Shown piece by piece: positions 1 through 13,876 of a stretch of 64,000 nt of DNA. The DNA comes from Veleropilina oligotropha. Lineage: Eukaryota. The stretch lies in NCBI GenBank assembly GCA_048128005.1, contig JBEUKZ010000001.1:1-64000 (forward strand), in the 5' to 3' direction. Every line of letters starts with the position of its first letter. The first letter of the stretch is position 1. Made by a program: the position numbers and the translations under genes. The notes under the pieces were generated by a model. It did not search any database, was not told the origin of the DNA, and saw only the letters and a program-made list of their open reading frames with translations.

Positions 1-175
1 AGCAATGGTTGTTAAGATATGCCCGCGGACAGACAATCCGCAAACCGTATATTGCGTTATAAAATCTGATCAATGGTCATTGAGATATGCTCACGGACAG
101 ACACACAGACAAACCGACCCGATTGCAATACCTTCTTCCATCACTACCTCGACTACGCTTGTGGTGGGGAACTAA
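1..175 (+). mobile_element. 3' end of a HINE/pearl-like non-autonomous element
   Basis: (GACA)n microsatellite followed by aaaccgacccgattgcaatac and a terminal stem-loop; a homologous end lies at ~27770-27852. Confidence 0.5.
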
Positions 176-206
176 TTTAAATAATTTTGTATATAATTAT
201 ACATAC

Positions 207-360
207 CACCGAGTTCTTCCATGAAACTTGAAGCCAAAAAGAAAGGTGTTCCCTGCTTCCTCTCTTTTATCGGCCTCATCAGCATCGGTAATGCGAGGTC
301 CTGTATACTCTAAAAGGAAATCTCCTTTATCGAATTTCCGTGTTGCAAATACACCATATC
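207..360 (-). CDS. Internal exon of a SET-domain lysine methyltransferase (SETD8/PR-Set7/KMT5A-like); gene continues beyond the window start
   Basis: Translation GYGVFATRKFDKGDFLLEYTGPRITDADEADKREEAGNTFLFGFKFHGRTRW matches the SET-N motif (GxGVFA...GDFxxEYxG). Bounded by acceptor ttttttgacag (361+) and donor gtatgt (206-201) on the minus strand. Confidence 0.8.
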
Positions 361-543
361 CTGTCAAAAAATATATATATTTTGAGTCAATAATCATGAC
401 AATCAGACAATATATATAATATACATTAACTTAATTAAATCTGTACTAAGGGTTTGTAAGTGGCTATTGTCTCACACATATATTATTGACCTGATCTATG
501 CCTCCAGAAACTATGTTCAGATTTGTGTATTAAATATGTTTAA

Positions 544-838
544 AACTAGAACGCTCGGTAACAAGTGACCTCATATACATGTATCCCCGGTAATGACCTG
601 TCTTAGAGCGACCATCTTGAATTTGGACTTGAACCACATCCAAATTCTATAGATGTTGTGTCCACTCCCCAACCAATGCACATACCATATTTGAAAACAT
701 TCCATTTAGAAATGGCCTGTCTAGAGCGATCACAAGGAATCTCTCGGCGGATGCGGCGGCGTAATGGCCACTATGGTTTAGTGTCCGTTACGCCGCCGGC
801 ATAGTATCCCCCGACACTTTTGTTTCAGGGGATACAAT
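544..838 (+). mobile_element. Helentron-associated (HINE/DINE-1/pearl-like) non-autonomous element
   Basis: Starts aactagaacgctcggt, has a subterminal gtatcccc and a 3' stem-loop tatcccccga...caggggatac. A homologous, longer copy lies in reverse at 30577-31230. Confidence 0.7.
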
Positions 839-1004
839 AATTGCCAACAATGAACTTAAAAGTTACAACTAAAAACATATGTTTTTTGTCAAAAAATGGC
901 AAAACAGGTACATGTCTTGCATGAGACTGGAATATAATTTATATTGTGAATGCTTGCTCAAAACCCTATGTACATCAAATTTTAGATTACATCTACTAAT
1001 GTAC

Positions 1005-1345
1005 AGCAAGGGAAATAACTCTGTTAATAATCACCGCACAACTTCGAAACAAGTAAAAGGCACCAGTGCACCAACTGCTTAGTCACCAAGTTGCAAGTTT
1101 CGTAAATTATGTCGAACGGTGCATGAGATATGCTCAGGAAAAATAACATTTACGAATATAGAACAAGGCAATAACTCTGTTAATAATCAGTGCACAACGT
1201 CAAAATAAGCAAAAGGCACCAGTTCACCGACTGCTTAATGCACCATGCAATTTTCATAAAGCAACGTCGTGCGGTGAATGAGAATGCTTCAGGAAATATA
1301 ATTTGCATGGACAAACGGTGGATGGGCATTTTAATATCTCCCGCA
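1005..1345 (+). repeat. Two ~155-bp satellite-like units of a HINE-type element
   Basis: aaggg/caataactctgttaataatca...aaaaggcaccagt occurs at ~1008 and ~1165. Confidence 0.5.
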
Positions 1346-4300
1346 AATTTTTTTTTTAAACTTAAGATCTGGATAAAACAGTACTTTTGAAAAATTTCAT
1401 GCCTGAATTCTTAAACATTACAGCAATAAATTTTTACATAAATTAATGACAATAATAAACGATCAAATTGTATGCTTTTCTGTCAAAATTTTATAGTAAC
1501 ATACGAAACATGCATATTAATTATTATATTGATCAATATAGAGAGAATTAACACATACCGATGTTTCTTGATACAAAACGTTTTTCTAACCCATCCGGAT
1601 CAAGCCCCGCCTCACACCAGAATTCAGCCCATCCTGTTGGGGATCGTCTTTTCTGAAAATAAATTTGGGTTATTGCGCTATGTATTTGCATGAGTACAAC
1701 CATGATATTATGGGTAACAACTGAAGTACATGATGTAGTGATCATGTACATGCCAAGTGTTGATGAAGTCTGGCAGGAATATCCCGCATGGACAGAAAAA
1801 CAGGGTGATTCCAATATGCCCCCTGACTTCATTACAGGGGGGAGGTGTGTAAAAAGACAATGCTTAGCAGTCAGTATGAAAAGATCAAAAGTCAAACTGG
1901 GAAAATTTATCACAGGTAACAACTACATGATGCAGTGATCATGTATGCCAACTTGGCAAGTACTATCTATAGTGTTGATGAAATCTGTTTAGCAGGATGG
2001 CGGGAACGGACGGACATCTAGGCAAGCGTTGATGAAATCTGCTTAACAGGCTAACAGGAATAGTCTGGGCGGACCCACGAATTGGGTGTTAAGTGTTCTT
2101 TTTGTGGTGCCAATAATGCAATGTGACTATTGCATTTATGTGACTAATAAATTTTTTCTCACGGTTTGGTGTTTAACTGACCATTTCCCATAGTCATTTT
2201 TTCAAGTCTAATATTAAGTCATCACATTCCATGGTGTCAGTATATCATATGATACTAAAGTGACCAAATTATCAAATGATATGGACATCTGCGTCCAAAC
2301 TCGACCGATGGGAACAAAATATATGACTTGATTTAAAATCCATGATCTGCGACCCCATAGGAATCATTTGCACACATTAATTTCACTGTGTTATATCATA
2401 TATCATAATATGTGACTAGTCACATAGCAGTAATGGGTCACATAAAGCTCGTCTGGGCACATGCATAAACAGTCACATAACCCCCCCCCCCCCCTATTTC
2501 GTGAGAACGGATGGACAAACAGATGGGCAGACAGGGCGACGCCAATATATACCCCCCTTAACTTTGACCTTACGGGGGCTATAATTAATTAAGTTACTTA
2601 CTGTTTTTATTTCATTTTGAAGGCTTTTTATTAGCTGAAAATATGAAAAATGAATACATTAATATGTTACACACTAATCGTGACAATATATTTTACTCGA
2701 TACAAAACTTCTTAAAGCAATGGTTTGTTTTCCATATTAAATGAGATGGCTGAAGATTGGCAATAAATAATACAAAAACGTTTCAAACTCTGGCCAACAA
2801 CTAAATCAATTATAATCAAGACATAAGCTTCAATATTTCCCAATATTCATAATGACAAATTGGTACATTTACAATAAAATTATTACTGTACATGCTGTAT
2901 TTTTAAGAAACTACATTAGGATAAAGAAAATATCATTGCTTTTTAAAAGTAATAACAAGGGATATATATATATATATATATACCTATATAGATCTGTAAT
3001 CACTGCACAGCATTGAAATTGGCAAAAGTTAACAACTATACTTAATAGTATTATACATCCACCAAGATTTATAACGATAACTATTTAAAGTCAAATGACT
3101 TAACCCTTTGAGTCCCGAAGCCATGAGGGTTAAATGATATATGGGTTGTTTTACAATCAGGGTACATGATATAGTCTCACAAGGTCAAAATTAAAATAGT
3201 ATCTATATGATTTCATATGAATTTTATTAATTTGTATACAGTTCAAATATAACATTTGTTCACAATTGGACCCATCAACTATGCAACTTTTATTTTTTTC
3301 TGTTCAAATAGATGAAGTTTCAAAAAATTCCATTTTAATACATTATTTGCCTCACACACCTTGATTGGCCATGAAAAATGCTTCTGTTATACCCTGAATG
3401 ACAAAATATCACCACTGGAATGTTTGGATTAAAATTACAATATATATTGCTAAGACCTGGGGTTTTTTCCAAAAAAATGAAATTAATGGTAAAATTTGGA
3501 CTAATAAAAATATTGTCCAATATATGACATTGCTTATAATTATTAAGGATAATCAGTTAGATAATTTCTCTAGTATTTTGCAGATGGAGAGAGTAAAATT
3601 GTATTCCGATGTAAAATTTCAGGGGTTCATGGTAAATGGTTATCGAGATATATGACCTCAAAATAAGCAAATTGCAGAGATCAATTTCATTCGGAGAGGA
3701 CATTTTATTTTGACATGTAAAGAGATTACAATAATACACATATATATATATGAACATTTTCATGTTATGTGACAACAATTACTATTAAAATTGAAATAAA
3801 AAATGTATTTGAAACAACTTGTAATTCAAAAGTCATAATAAGTTGCTAACAGAGATCAATTTTTATTCGGAGAGGACATTTTATTTGACATATTGTAATA
3901 GAGCACATTTAGACACTTATAACTGGAATTTGTTGGTTCTGAACAATTGCATCATTTAATTTTTAACAATTTCTTCTGAATGTAGATCTATTCTATATAT
4001 ATATATGTAATTGTTATACTCATGACAACTTTGAATTAATGAAAATTACTTTTATAATATCGATACATGAAAATACTCTCTTCTGTCCTGACACAGGTGT
4101 ATCCAACAGCCACATCGCAATTGTTTATTTTAATTTATAATAAATTAGAATATGCTTTGCACTTTTTAAATACCGGTCATATATAGGATGATATATTTTA
4201 GTTGATTTAATGCTATTACGAGAGAATAGCTGAGCCAAAAACATTGATACTTGGCAAACATATAATTACGCCTTGTTTTAGATTAGATGACTGGTCACTA

Positions 4301-7300
4301 TATGGCTTATGCTAAATGTCAAGGTCAATTTTGTGTATTTAGATTCTATCACTTGGGGGATAGAAATGCAGTTAACCATTCAACCTTAATATATCTTGTA
4401 TATCTTTATAAAAGCTTTGCTTAAGTTCGGAGAAAAGGTCACAATGCTAAAGGTCAAGTGTGTTTACATTCTTTCACTGTGCAGATTGGTTTCTGTCTCA
4501 TATAAAATGAAACACCGGAGATTCAACATTAATACTGTATATATTACATCTTGTGGGCCACCATTCCTTGGAAAGATAGGTCACCATGCAAATTCCAGAA
4601 GGTATATGTGACAGTCATTATTGCATGTCCTTTTACTCAGTCACATTGTATATTGCAATCTAGCTGTCACTAAAACAGGAACCAATGGAGTGTCAATAGT
4701 AATATTTGTCATACAACTTGATACCATCTTGCCTTGTCTAAGTTCGAAGATGATATTACCATGTCAGGTTCACTGTTTGTATATATTTACAGCCCAATGA
4801 GAAATATATTTCTGTAAAATTAAAGAAAAATAGAGGGTCCGTCTTCAATCATCATGGATACTTCAGTATACACCCTGTATACCGCCATGCCTTCCCCTAT
4901 TTTGATGATGTGGTCACATGGATGAAAGTTCTTCAACTCAAATTTCAGAAAGAAGATAACGAATCTCAATTTGCAACATTAAGAGAGAATGTGATGACGT
5001 CGATTTATATGCCTTGTTTATTTACCATTGCATGATCATATTGACGTCTCGATCAAGATCAAAGATTAGGTCATAGACTCACTGGGTCAAAGTTAAAGAT
5101 CATGTGAACTTTCTTTGAAAAAATAATTGCTGTCACTCTTATAATATGTCAGCATGCAAGTTTTGGGTAAGAGTGAATTAATGATTATTTTGTACTTCAG
5201 ACATATTGATAACGCAAAATAACAATTTTCAAAATATAGACTATGGAAATTAAAATAAAACAAGATACAAATGTCATTTAGTTGTTATTTTTTGAAAGAA
5301 TATTACACTACATGATATTAAACAGACACATGTACTTTATTATGAAATATTGTCTTGCAAGTAAAGGAAACTGATAACGGTGTCAAAAATATTGTCCTCT
5401 CCGACTTGAAAGAAGCAAGTGCTCATCAATGCTCATGGTATGATTTTGTTTGTCATTTAATGATATTTTAACATTAGAGGATGCTGCTTGTCTTTCAACA
5501 AATAAAAGAATAGTCCTATTTGACACGCTCAGCTAATTTTTTTGTCTCTACTGACAATGATTTCGTATATTGAGATACATTTTGACCATATAAACTGGAA
5601 TAAAATGTATAAAATCATCAATTTAAATGAAACAACGCATTTTCATTAATAAGATTATATGCATAAGTCAATATGAGTAAAGATTTATTGAGGCATTCCG
5701 ATCCTTTCAACTTCAAAGGTAACCTCTATTCACACGCTTTTTTCGGGACGGGACAAGGGTAAATCTTAATGCTCCTCCACTAAATTGATGGGGGCATAAA
5801 AAAGCCAGTTGGGTTTTTTCTCTCTATCTTGCGCTACATATATATCTGTGCAATACGTCTGCATGCGTTTATCTAGCTATAGCTGCAATGTTTAACTGTG
5901 AACCCCTGTGAAGAACTCTTGGGGGGCAGGTATCCCCCTACCAACTTTTACAGTTCAGTGAAGCACAAAATATATACTTTTCCCCCTTAGGACAAATTGA
6001 AAGGTCATTTCAGAGTGTTTTTTTTATCATGCTGCGAGGGATCTAAGTGAAGGTCCCCGCACCCACCATTGACGTATGGATCCGCCATTTTTTTTATATC
6101 TGAAGGAAACCCTGCATAATAACTCAATTATATACAGGCCAAAAAAGAAAATTTGCTAGCCCAGGGCCATTAAAATGTACCGATTATATGCATTGTTGGA
6201 AGTACATACTAACAGATAAATTTATGGAAAATAGAAGCAGACATCATAACACGTGTAATTTTAGTCATGCAGAGAGTTTTCCTGAGATTTACAGACACAA
6301 AGTCAATATAATTATATACTGAAATCAATAAAAGGTATTATACAACTTAGACAATATTATGGAAAATGGACAGTCAAAATGACAATAATAGATAAATGAC
6401 TAGGAGATTTTCATTTAACATTACCACTTGCAACTTCATGATCTCAAACTGATTTGCAAAACTTGCGAAAGCACTTTATTTTTATTTATTTCGCAAATAC
6501 GAAGCTGAAGTTTATAAAATGCTGAAAACTACATGTCAATAAATCTTCTGGTTTAGACTTCGTTAGGGGCCTAGTCCTAAAATATTAAAATTATGCGCTC
6601 TCATAATTGCCTCATCTTTAACATATATTATAAACTTAACATTAGTATTATACAAAATAAAGTTTTCCCATATCGTCTAAAGTGTGCTAAAGTAACGACC
6701 ATGTTTAAAAATAGAACGAGGGTAGTATGCACTTTAGTGGGCGCAATAAGAATTTTTTCCGCACGTAGATTCGGGTTGCTATGCGTGTTCATTTCATTTC
6801 AAAATGGCCGCCATTTTGTTGTCCCTTCAAATAAATTTCAATGGAAATTAAGAAATTAAACTTGCATTTTTATAAAATCGTGCTTAGAAATGATAACATT
6901 TATAAAGCCGACACATTTATCATGGTTTCGCTGCGTTTTGTATCATTTGGCGAACTTTGTCTTGTTTTTTATGCGTTCTTCAGAAAAACAAGACTAAAGT
7001 TCCGAACCTCGTCAAATGATGTAAAAGGCAACAAAAGTCAAACTACAAAATATTACAATTCTTATAAAAGACACATGGTTATGCTATTCAATCTATTACC
7101 TTAGTTTCATGACAATACTACTACTACGTTGAGAGAAAATAACATATTTTCCTATTTCTCATCGGTAAATCTGCAAATAACTTCAGGTCACGACAGTAGA
7201 AAAAGTCCATTTTCATGTTCTAATCTTGTCAATATTTACCAAAATAGCCTCTGACATTTCCATGAACTTCATGATTTTACTTACTTCAAGCTATTTCATT

Positions 7301-8124
7301 AATTCGAAAGGCTTAGTGTAAATAGTATACCTTCAAAACATCGCTATCTGGATAAAATGGCGGTGATCTTTCGTCTGCTAAAGCCATGTTTACATGTCAA
7401 ATTGGGGCCTGATTTTAACAACCAATGAAATGCGTTTTTTAAGTCAAATGGGTGGAAAAGGGTTTCGTTTCTTTGAGTTTTTCAGTGAAGATGATTTTGA
7501 GACAGATCATCGCAAATAACAATTTTGACATCGTTTCAAATTATCAGACAACACGTGGATTTGTTCAGACATCACACAGACAGACTAAACACGCGAACAC
7601 AGTATGCTTTTATTTTGGGGCATGCACGTTGTTAGCATCATGCAGGGGCGTCGCGACCGGGGGGGTAAGGGGGGTATTTACCCCCCTAAGATTTTGGAAG
7701 CAAGTGCCCTTGCGTAAGCTTGATGTTAACGTCATTACACTATACGGACTTCATCGAAGACAAAATTAGCAACATATCATAAATATCTCAAAGTATTTTG
7801 TTCTTAAATACCAGGAAAATGCATCTGAGGCACTTAATTTCTCAAATTTTCCTGGGGGATATCCCCCATACCCCTCGCAAAGGGCTTCGCGCCTTCGGCG
7901 CTCGCATTACTGGCTCAGGCAATATGCATACTAGTACTTGCCAACCCTACCGACTCACGCGGTAGGTTACCGATTTTATAAGACTACTACAGACTACCGT
8001 TTAAAATAGATACGCATACCGATTCGAGATTTTAATAGAGAGCACGCAGTGCATGCGAACAGCAATGTTTAGTACACGGGAAAGATTATTTGCCATGACC
8101 GAACACAGGGGGCATGTAACGCAG

Positions 8125-8312
8125 TTTATCGTTCGTCTGTTTCCGTTTGACGATTAGCGCAGTTCATTGTTACTATATAATGCAACGCTGTTTATCGTTC
8201 GTCTGTTTCCGTTTGACGATTAACGCAGTTCATTGTTACTATATAATATAGAATATATATATAGTAACAATGAACTGCGCAAATCGTCAAACGGAAACAG
8301 ACGAACGATAAA
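8125..8312. repeat. Long inverted repeat (foldback) with a duplicated left arm
   Basis: ttatcgttcgtctgtttccgtttgacgatt..gcagttcattgttactatata occurs twice, then its reverse complement ends at ~8310. Confidence 0.8.
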
Positions 8313-8364
8313 ATGATGTTATCAACGTCTTGCAACGTTGAAACAACGTCTTTTGCCGGCTGGG

Positions 8365-8520
8365 CAGTATTGTGTGGATTCTGGCACATCGGAAACCTCT
8401 CGTGACGTCGTAGTTTTTGAGGCGGATTCATCGCGAGAACGAAGTTCGAGCGATTTATCCACCGCAAAAAATACGACGTCACGAGAGGTTTCCGATGTGC
8501 CAGAATCCACACAATAACTG
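8365..8520. mobile_element. Palindromic MITE (~155 bp)
   Basis: tattgtgtggattctggcacatcggaaacctctcgtgacgtcgta has a perfect reverse-complement arm ending ...ccacacaata. Confidence 0.75.
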
Positions 8521-9901
8521 ATAACATTTTTATTATATGCCACAACAAGTTTCTTATTAATTTGAATCGAAAGATTATGGTAATTTTAGTCACGAATCTG
8601 TAAGGGGGGGTGAAATAGTATAGGACTATACTGGAAGTAGTTCCTACGATTTGTCAGCCATTTTGAATATATAAGCAGGAGACGTTTTCTGAATCGATAT
8701 CAGCTGTGTCTGTGATACAGGGTCTCGGACACTGCGCGAGAATAGGCGTCAGAAAATGACTGGCATATAATAAACACCGCGTTACATGCCCCTGGGTGAT
8801 CGAATACACGACCTGACATCACGCGTTTCGGTAATATCAAGTCCGCGAAGACGGTAGCGCGTTATGGCTATGTCACGCATAATATTCAACCAATGATATT
8901 GTCAGGAGGGTTTGCTGGTCAATCTTTGCCATGGTCGATTTCGCGAATAATTATTGCTTGCAAAGTTGGCCCTAGCTATTTCGTTCATTAGTTTTGTAAG
9001 CGTAATCAATAAAGACATTTCATTGCGAGATTTCCGGATATGTATAAACTAGGCCTATATGCAACATATTAGATAATCGTACCGAATGTTCAATCAATAT
9101 CATTAATGATTTATGGCATTGGCTAGACAATTACTGCAGTTGAACAAGTTATTTCGTTATCTTATCAGCGATTCGCCGTCAAAATTCTGCCCCCCCCCAC
9201 CCCCCCACCCCCCCTAGAACACTTGTAAACCATGTCCGTAATATAGTGTCTGTAAAAAAATAGTATTGAACAAACGAAGTACCGCACGTAGTCAATTTAT
9301 ATTCCAGAATTCAGGAAAATATGTGGGTGAGTACTAATATTATCGAATATTTATTTTAACATGTTTTTAATAATTTCTGCTCTCCAAACATGAAATTTTG
9401 AGGCAAAGAAAAATGTCAATTTTTGTCCTAGAATGCAGGAGAACGCTTCTCAGACCTTCTAAATTAAAAAAATCTTGGGGGGGCATGCCCCCAAACCCCC
9501 CTAGATATTCGCGGCCTACGGCCGCTCACGTGGCTACCTCTTTCTTCCCATAAAAGGTTGGGAAGTATACAATGTGAGGTGCCCTTGGTTAATGATACCC
9601 CCCTAACATCAAAAAGGGTTGCGACGCCCCTGTCATGACATCTCTATCTGACCCAGCGTTTATTAGAGGCCCGGCGAATATTAATTTCAATACAATTATA
9701 TCCCCGGCGTCTATTAGAGACCCGGGCTACTATTAGAAGCTTTACGCTACAGCGCGATATAAATCTTCAATTATTATTATATAAACAAACAATTGTAAAA
9801 ATAGAATACACGATGACATATTAAAAACGATAATTACTCAAATTTTGTAATGTGTTTTTTTTATTTCGTAGATGCACAATATACAAAGTCAATATTGTCA
9901 C

Positions 9902-10389
9902 TTATTATATAAATGGATCTGTTATTCGTTAAATAATGGCAAAAATATAATCGGTAATTCACTCATCTATATTTTCACTCACGTGAGTGAAATTATTTTC
10001 CATATTTCACTCTCGTGAGTGAAAATATGAAAAACGCGTCATAAAATGACTTCATCAAACGTTGTCCTTGGTGACGTCACCCATGGCGACGTTATCGATG
10101 GCGAACTATACATTTCAACGTTACAATGTCAACAGCGCACGTGTTCGTTCTACCACAAAATTAAGCATGGCCATACAATGGAAACATTATTGAATTGATA
10201 ACTAACCCATTTATATAATAAATAGAGCATTCAATGTTATGTCAGAAATATTAAATATATTTTGTCTCGTGAACTATATCCTAGCCGATTCACTCAAGGC
10301 CTCCGGCCTTTCGTGAATCGGCTAGGATATATTTCACTCGACAAAATATATTTAATATTTCTGACATACCATCAAATACCCTCTATTTC
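9902..10389. mobile_element. Hairpin-ended non-autonomous element (Crypton-like)
   Basis: Short inverted repeat ttattatataaatgg / ccatttatataataa adjoins a ~170-bp palindrome (10219-10389). Confidence 0.55.
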
Positions 10390-11684
10390 TCTCTGTCAGC
10401 TCTGACTTCTCCTTGTTGGCTCTAAAAGGAGAAGTCACTGTTCACTGTCAATTTCAATGCCTGTTTAAATTAAATTCATTATTTTGCATGAAACAATCTA
10501 CATGCATCACCTTAGCAATAGGCCTAATGAAAAAATATATAATTTAAAGCATATTTTGACAGGAAATTGAACTTACTGCTTGTTTTCCACGTGACAGAGC
10601 CTTCGCGTTCATGGTCGGAATTAGAAATCTGAAATGAATTGAAACACAATTCGTAACTATCAGGAAGCTTAATTATATATCCACAGATAAATGACCGAAC
10701 GCGGGACCAACTATATAACAGCTTCGGTTGAGAGTCTGAGTCTGACGCACTAACCACTCACCCGCTGATGCCTCTGACGGTTCAGACCGATGTGAACATA
10801 CGTGATATAATTTTAAACTTAAAAAGCAACAAAATTATTTTCGAATAAATATTGTCGGAACACCACCTTTATTTCATGTTGCGTTAATTCAAACGTATTT
10901 ATTGCGAATCATCGATATTATGAACTCACGGATGCCTGGCAAAATCACCACCCACTGATTGCTATATAGGCCTAACATATATAGGAATCAGTGAGTTGGG
11001 CTTTTGCCTGGCGAATTAAATATTTTTATTCTTTAATTTAGTGACGTATCGTCCAGAGGCTGTGCATGCGCAGCTTAGATATAGTGAACACCGTATTTGC
11101 AGAAGAAATATGTCTCCATATACTGTCATAAAAGAATTGTCTATAGCTCGTGAGAACCCTGAAGGAAGCTATTATATTTATTGCATGGTATTAAGTCCAA
11201 ATCCGGAAAACGCGAACTTCGAAACAATCATGTGCACAATATTTCTACACATGACACAATTATAACTCATTAAAACAATTGAAAATGTTGATCCATCACT
11301 CTAATTCCATAACTATTTAAACAAGACTTAGTGCACAAATATTTAAATTCTTGCCTACTGTAAGCAGTGAGTGCAAATGAAAATCCGTAATCGACTGGAA
11401 TAAAATACGCAGTTTGTGCATTGAGTGTCAAATGCCGAATGCCTCAAAGACATCATCATTCGCATATATCAATCTTTGCTGTAGCGCCTAATAAGGTCAT
11501 TCGACGACGCTTACCAATCAGAGCATGTTCCATACATTTGAATTCCCGCCATATTCTTTGTTTGTCGAGCTGTTGCTTTCATTGGCTGATGCTACATATA
11601 GTTATTTTTAGCATCTGAGACCAACAGCGTCATCCAGCTAACCCGGATGTCAGGCAAGCTTGGCAATGCCTGAAGCATTTAATG

Positions 11685-11900
11685 ATAATAATAATAATAA
11701 TAATGTAACGGTCTTATATAGCGCATTCTTACGCATATGTATCAATGCGCTGAACATTATTATTACCTCAGGTTAATTATTATGGGCCTGTTGCACTCTA
11801 TATGCCATATCAACACAGTCTCCATTTCATTCTGGGAGCAATACAGTCATTTACACGCGGGTAGCGCCATGACTTACCAATCTTCAACCAGGTACCGTAA
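11685..11900 (-). mobile_element. Deu-domain-type SINE fragment
   Basis: Reverse complement of the 25806-25978 copy (gctcccag...cagcgcattga...aatgcgctatat tail ending in (ATT)n). Confidence 0.55.
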
Positions 11901-12429
11901 TCCAGTCAGATCAGCTGGTTGGTCCGAGGCAAATTTATATATGCTTATTTTCTTGCCGAAGTTAAATCGCCGAGCTTTGGGGGCGAACTCGAGACTCGGT
12001 GGTCGACCAGAGTCCTTAGAACAACCCGGGACACTGAGCCACGACGGCACATTTACTCGTATTTTATCATCACGGGTATTCGCTATAACAAAGATATATC
12101 TGTAATTTTACCAGAGATAGAACTAAGATAAAATGTTTTACAAAGAAGCATTATTGTTATGATACAGAGCCCCCAAGGTGACATGAAACTCTTTTTTTTA
12201 AGAAATAAGATTTCGATATAACGAAATATGATATCGTTATATAAGATTACGATATAACGAAATAATTATTTCGTTATAAATAAATAATTATTTACGAAAT
12301 TAATCCAAGTTGGGCGAAGGAGCAAGGCGCAGGGAATGCGTTGTATTCTGGTTACAATTATTCCACAAAAATGACGGATCATTCACTGATGACTTCATTG
12401 GCGCGAATTTAAATAAAGTTACACTGTCA

Positions 12430-12790
12430 TGTACTCGAATACCTTAGAATGATCTGTCATCATATTTATAAAATTTTGAATGGTAGGCCCAATGGCAGTA
12501 ATATTTTTTTTTAAACTTCCATCTTAAATCTTGTAAATTTATACAAATTAATAAAAATTGGTACTCGTCCTCCACTACGTTCATGGTGCGCATTATGCAA
12601 ATCCTATCCCTCCTGGGAATTTTGTTATATCGTCCTGTTTCAGTTTTCTGTCTATGCGAGCTGCAACGGAAACGAGTTATGACCATTCTTAATTTATCAA
12701 CAGTGACATAATCAAGATATGGTTCGAATAGAAGGTGGTTTTGAACAATTTATATTTAACAAGTTTGTTACTTTCATTAATTTCTGAGTT
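12430..12790 (-). pseudogene. 3' end of a non-LTR retrotransposon ORF2 (RTE-X/CR1-group C-terminal region)
   Basis: ITRFRCSSH..ETGRY..IPRRDRIC....VEDEYQFLLIC..LR motif. Confidence 0.75.
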
Positions 12791-13729
12791 CCATGATAAA
12801 CAGCATATCGAAATGTCCATCTGTTAGAAAAGATCGACGGGTATCGGACATTCTCTCTATGTTTGTAGTATCCATCTCAGATTATATTTGGTTCTTCATG
12901 CAGTGAATAAAAAGACCGAACGTTTTGGCGTGATCATTGAACATTGTTCTATCCTTATTGAATCCATTCATCATTTAGAAATAAAATGTAAACGATTTAT
13001 CAGATATGCTCATAAAATGTGCATCAAGATGATGTGGAAGTATTCAAGGATTATTCAGAGTTTCCGGATGATATGTAATGTAACGAGGAAATTTTTAACA
13101 TGTGCACTGCACAACAAAATGGTCGTACAGTATAATTCACTTCGTTGTCTGTTGAAAATATGTTATCAATACTTTGTGGATAACATTTAATTGGAAACAC
13201 ATTAGGTGGTGTTTATGAGGACCGAGCTTTCCTCCAGCGATAATATGTACATGCCCTGGAATAAACATGACGGTTGTTAAAAACGGGACATTGGACATCA
13301 GTTCAAACCAAACAACCACATTAAAGAGGTAGTTTATATGTCAACTACATCGGGCCTATGTTGTAATTAAGACATTATTTATTCACATGTGAATATATGC
13401 ACTTTATCAAATCAACCATTATTATGGATTGCCCAATATAATGTCCAACAGCGAAAAATATGGTTGCAGGCCTACGTAATGTTCGTGTTGTGTTCGGTTA
13501 ATATAACGAATCCGTTGGTCTGTTTTATTCTGATTGGTCAGAAGACTGGCACGTCATCGCTCGCCAGGTCAATATAATGAATCCGTTGACTTGTTCCGCT
13601 CCCATTGGCAAAAAGTTGAATCTGTTCATTTGTTCTGCTCTAATAGTCTAGAAGTAAATATTTTTTAATGTGGCCTGTGTAACTATTCCCCACAGTAAAC
13701 ATGACGGAAATTGTGATTAATTGACGACG

Positions 13730-13876
13730 GTTATAACAATATAATTAATGATTGTTATTTCGGTGAATATAATGATTTATTCACCTCGAATTGTGATATT
13801 CGCCTCCGTGAATATCACATTCCTTGATGGATAAATCATTATATTCATCGAAAAAAAGAGTCAATAATTGTATAAT
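13730..13876. repeat. Long imperfect palindrome (Crypton-like terminal hairpin)
   Basis: Arms ttcggtgaatataatgatttattca..tgtgatattc / gaatatcaca..ataaatcattatattcatcgaa. Confidence 0.55.

Larger units (their letters stand above)
7643..9632. mobile_element. Non-autonomous hAT-like DNA transposon with nested MITEs
   Basis: TIRs CAGGGGCGTCGCGACC / GGTTGCGACGCCCCTG (15/16 match), flanked by direct repeat TCATG (7638-7642, 9633-9637). Confidence 0.8.

Noticed and set aside
3104..5759. 2.6-kb piggyBac element (CCCTT...AAGGG)
   Set aside because: The right end (ggacgggacaagggtaaatcttaatgc..ggggcataaaaa) is better explained as a HINE 3' end; the TIR match is poor and TTAA is not duplicated.
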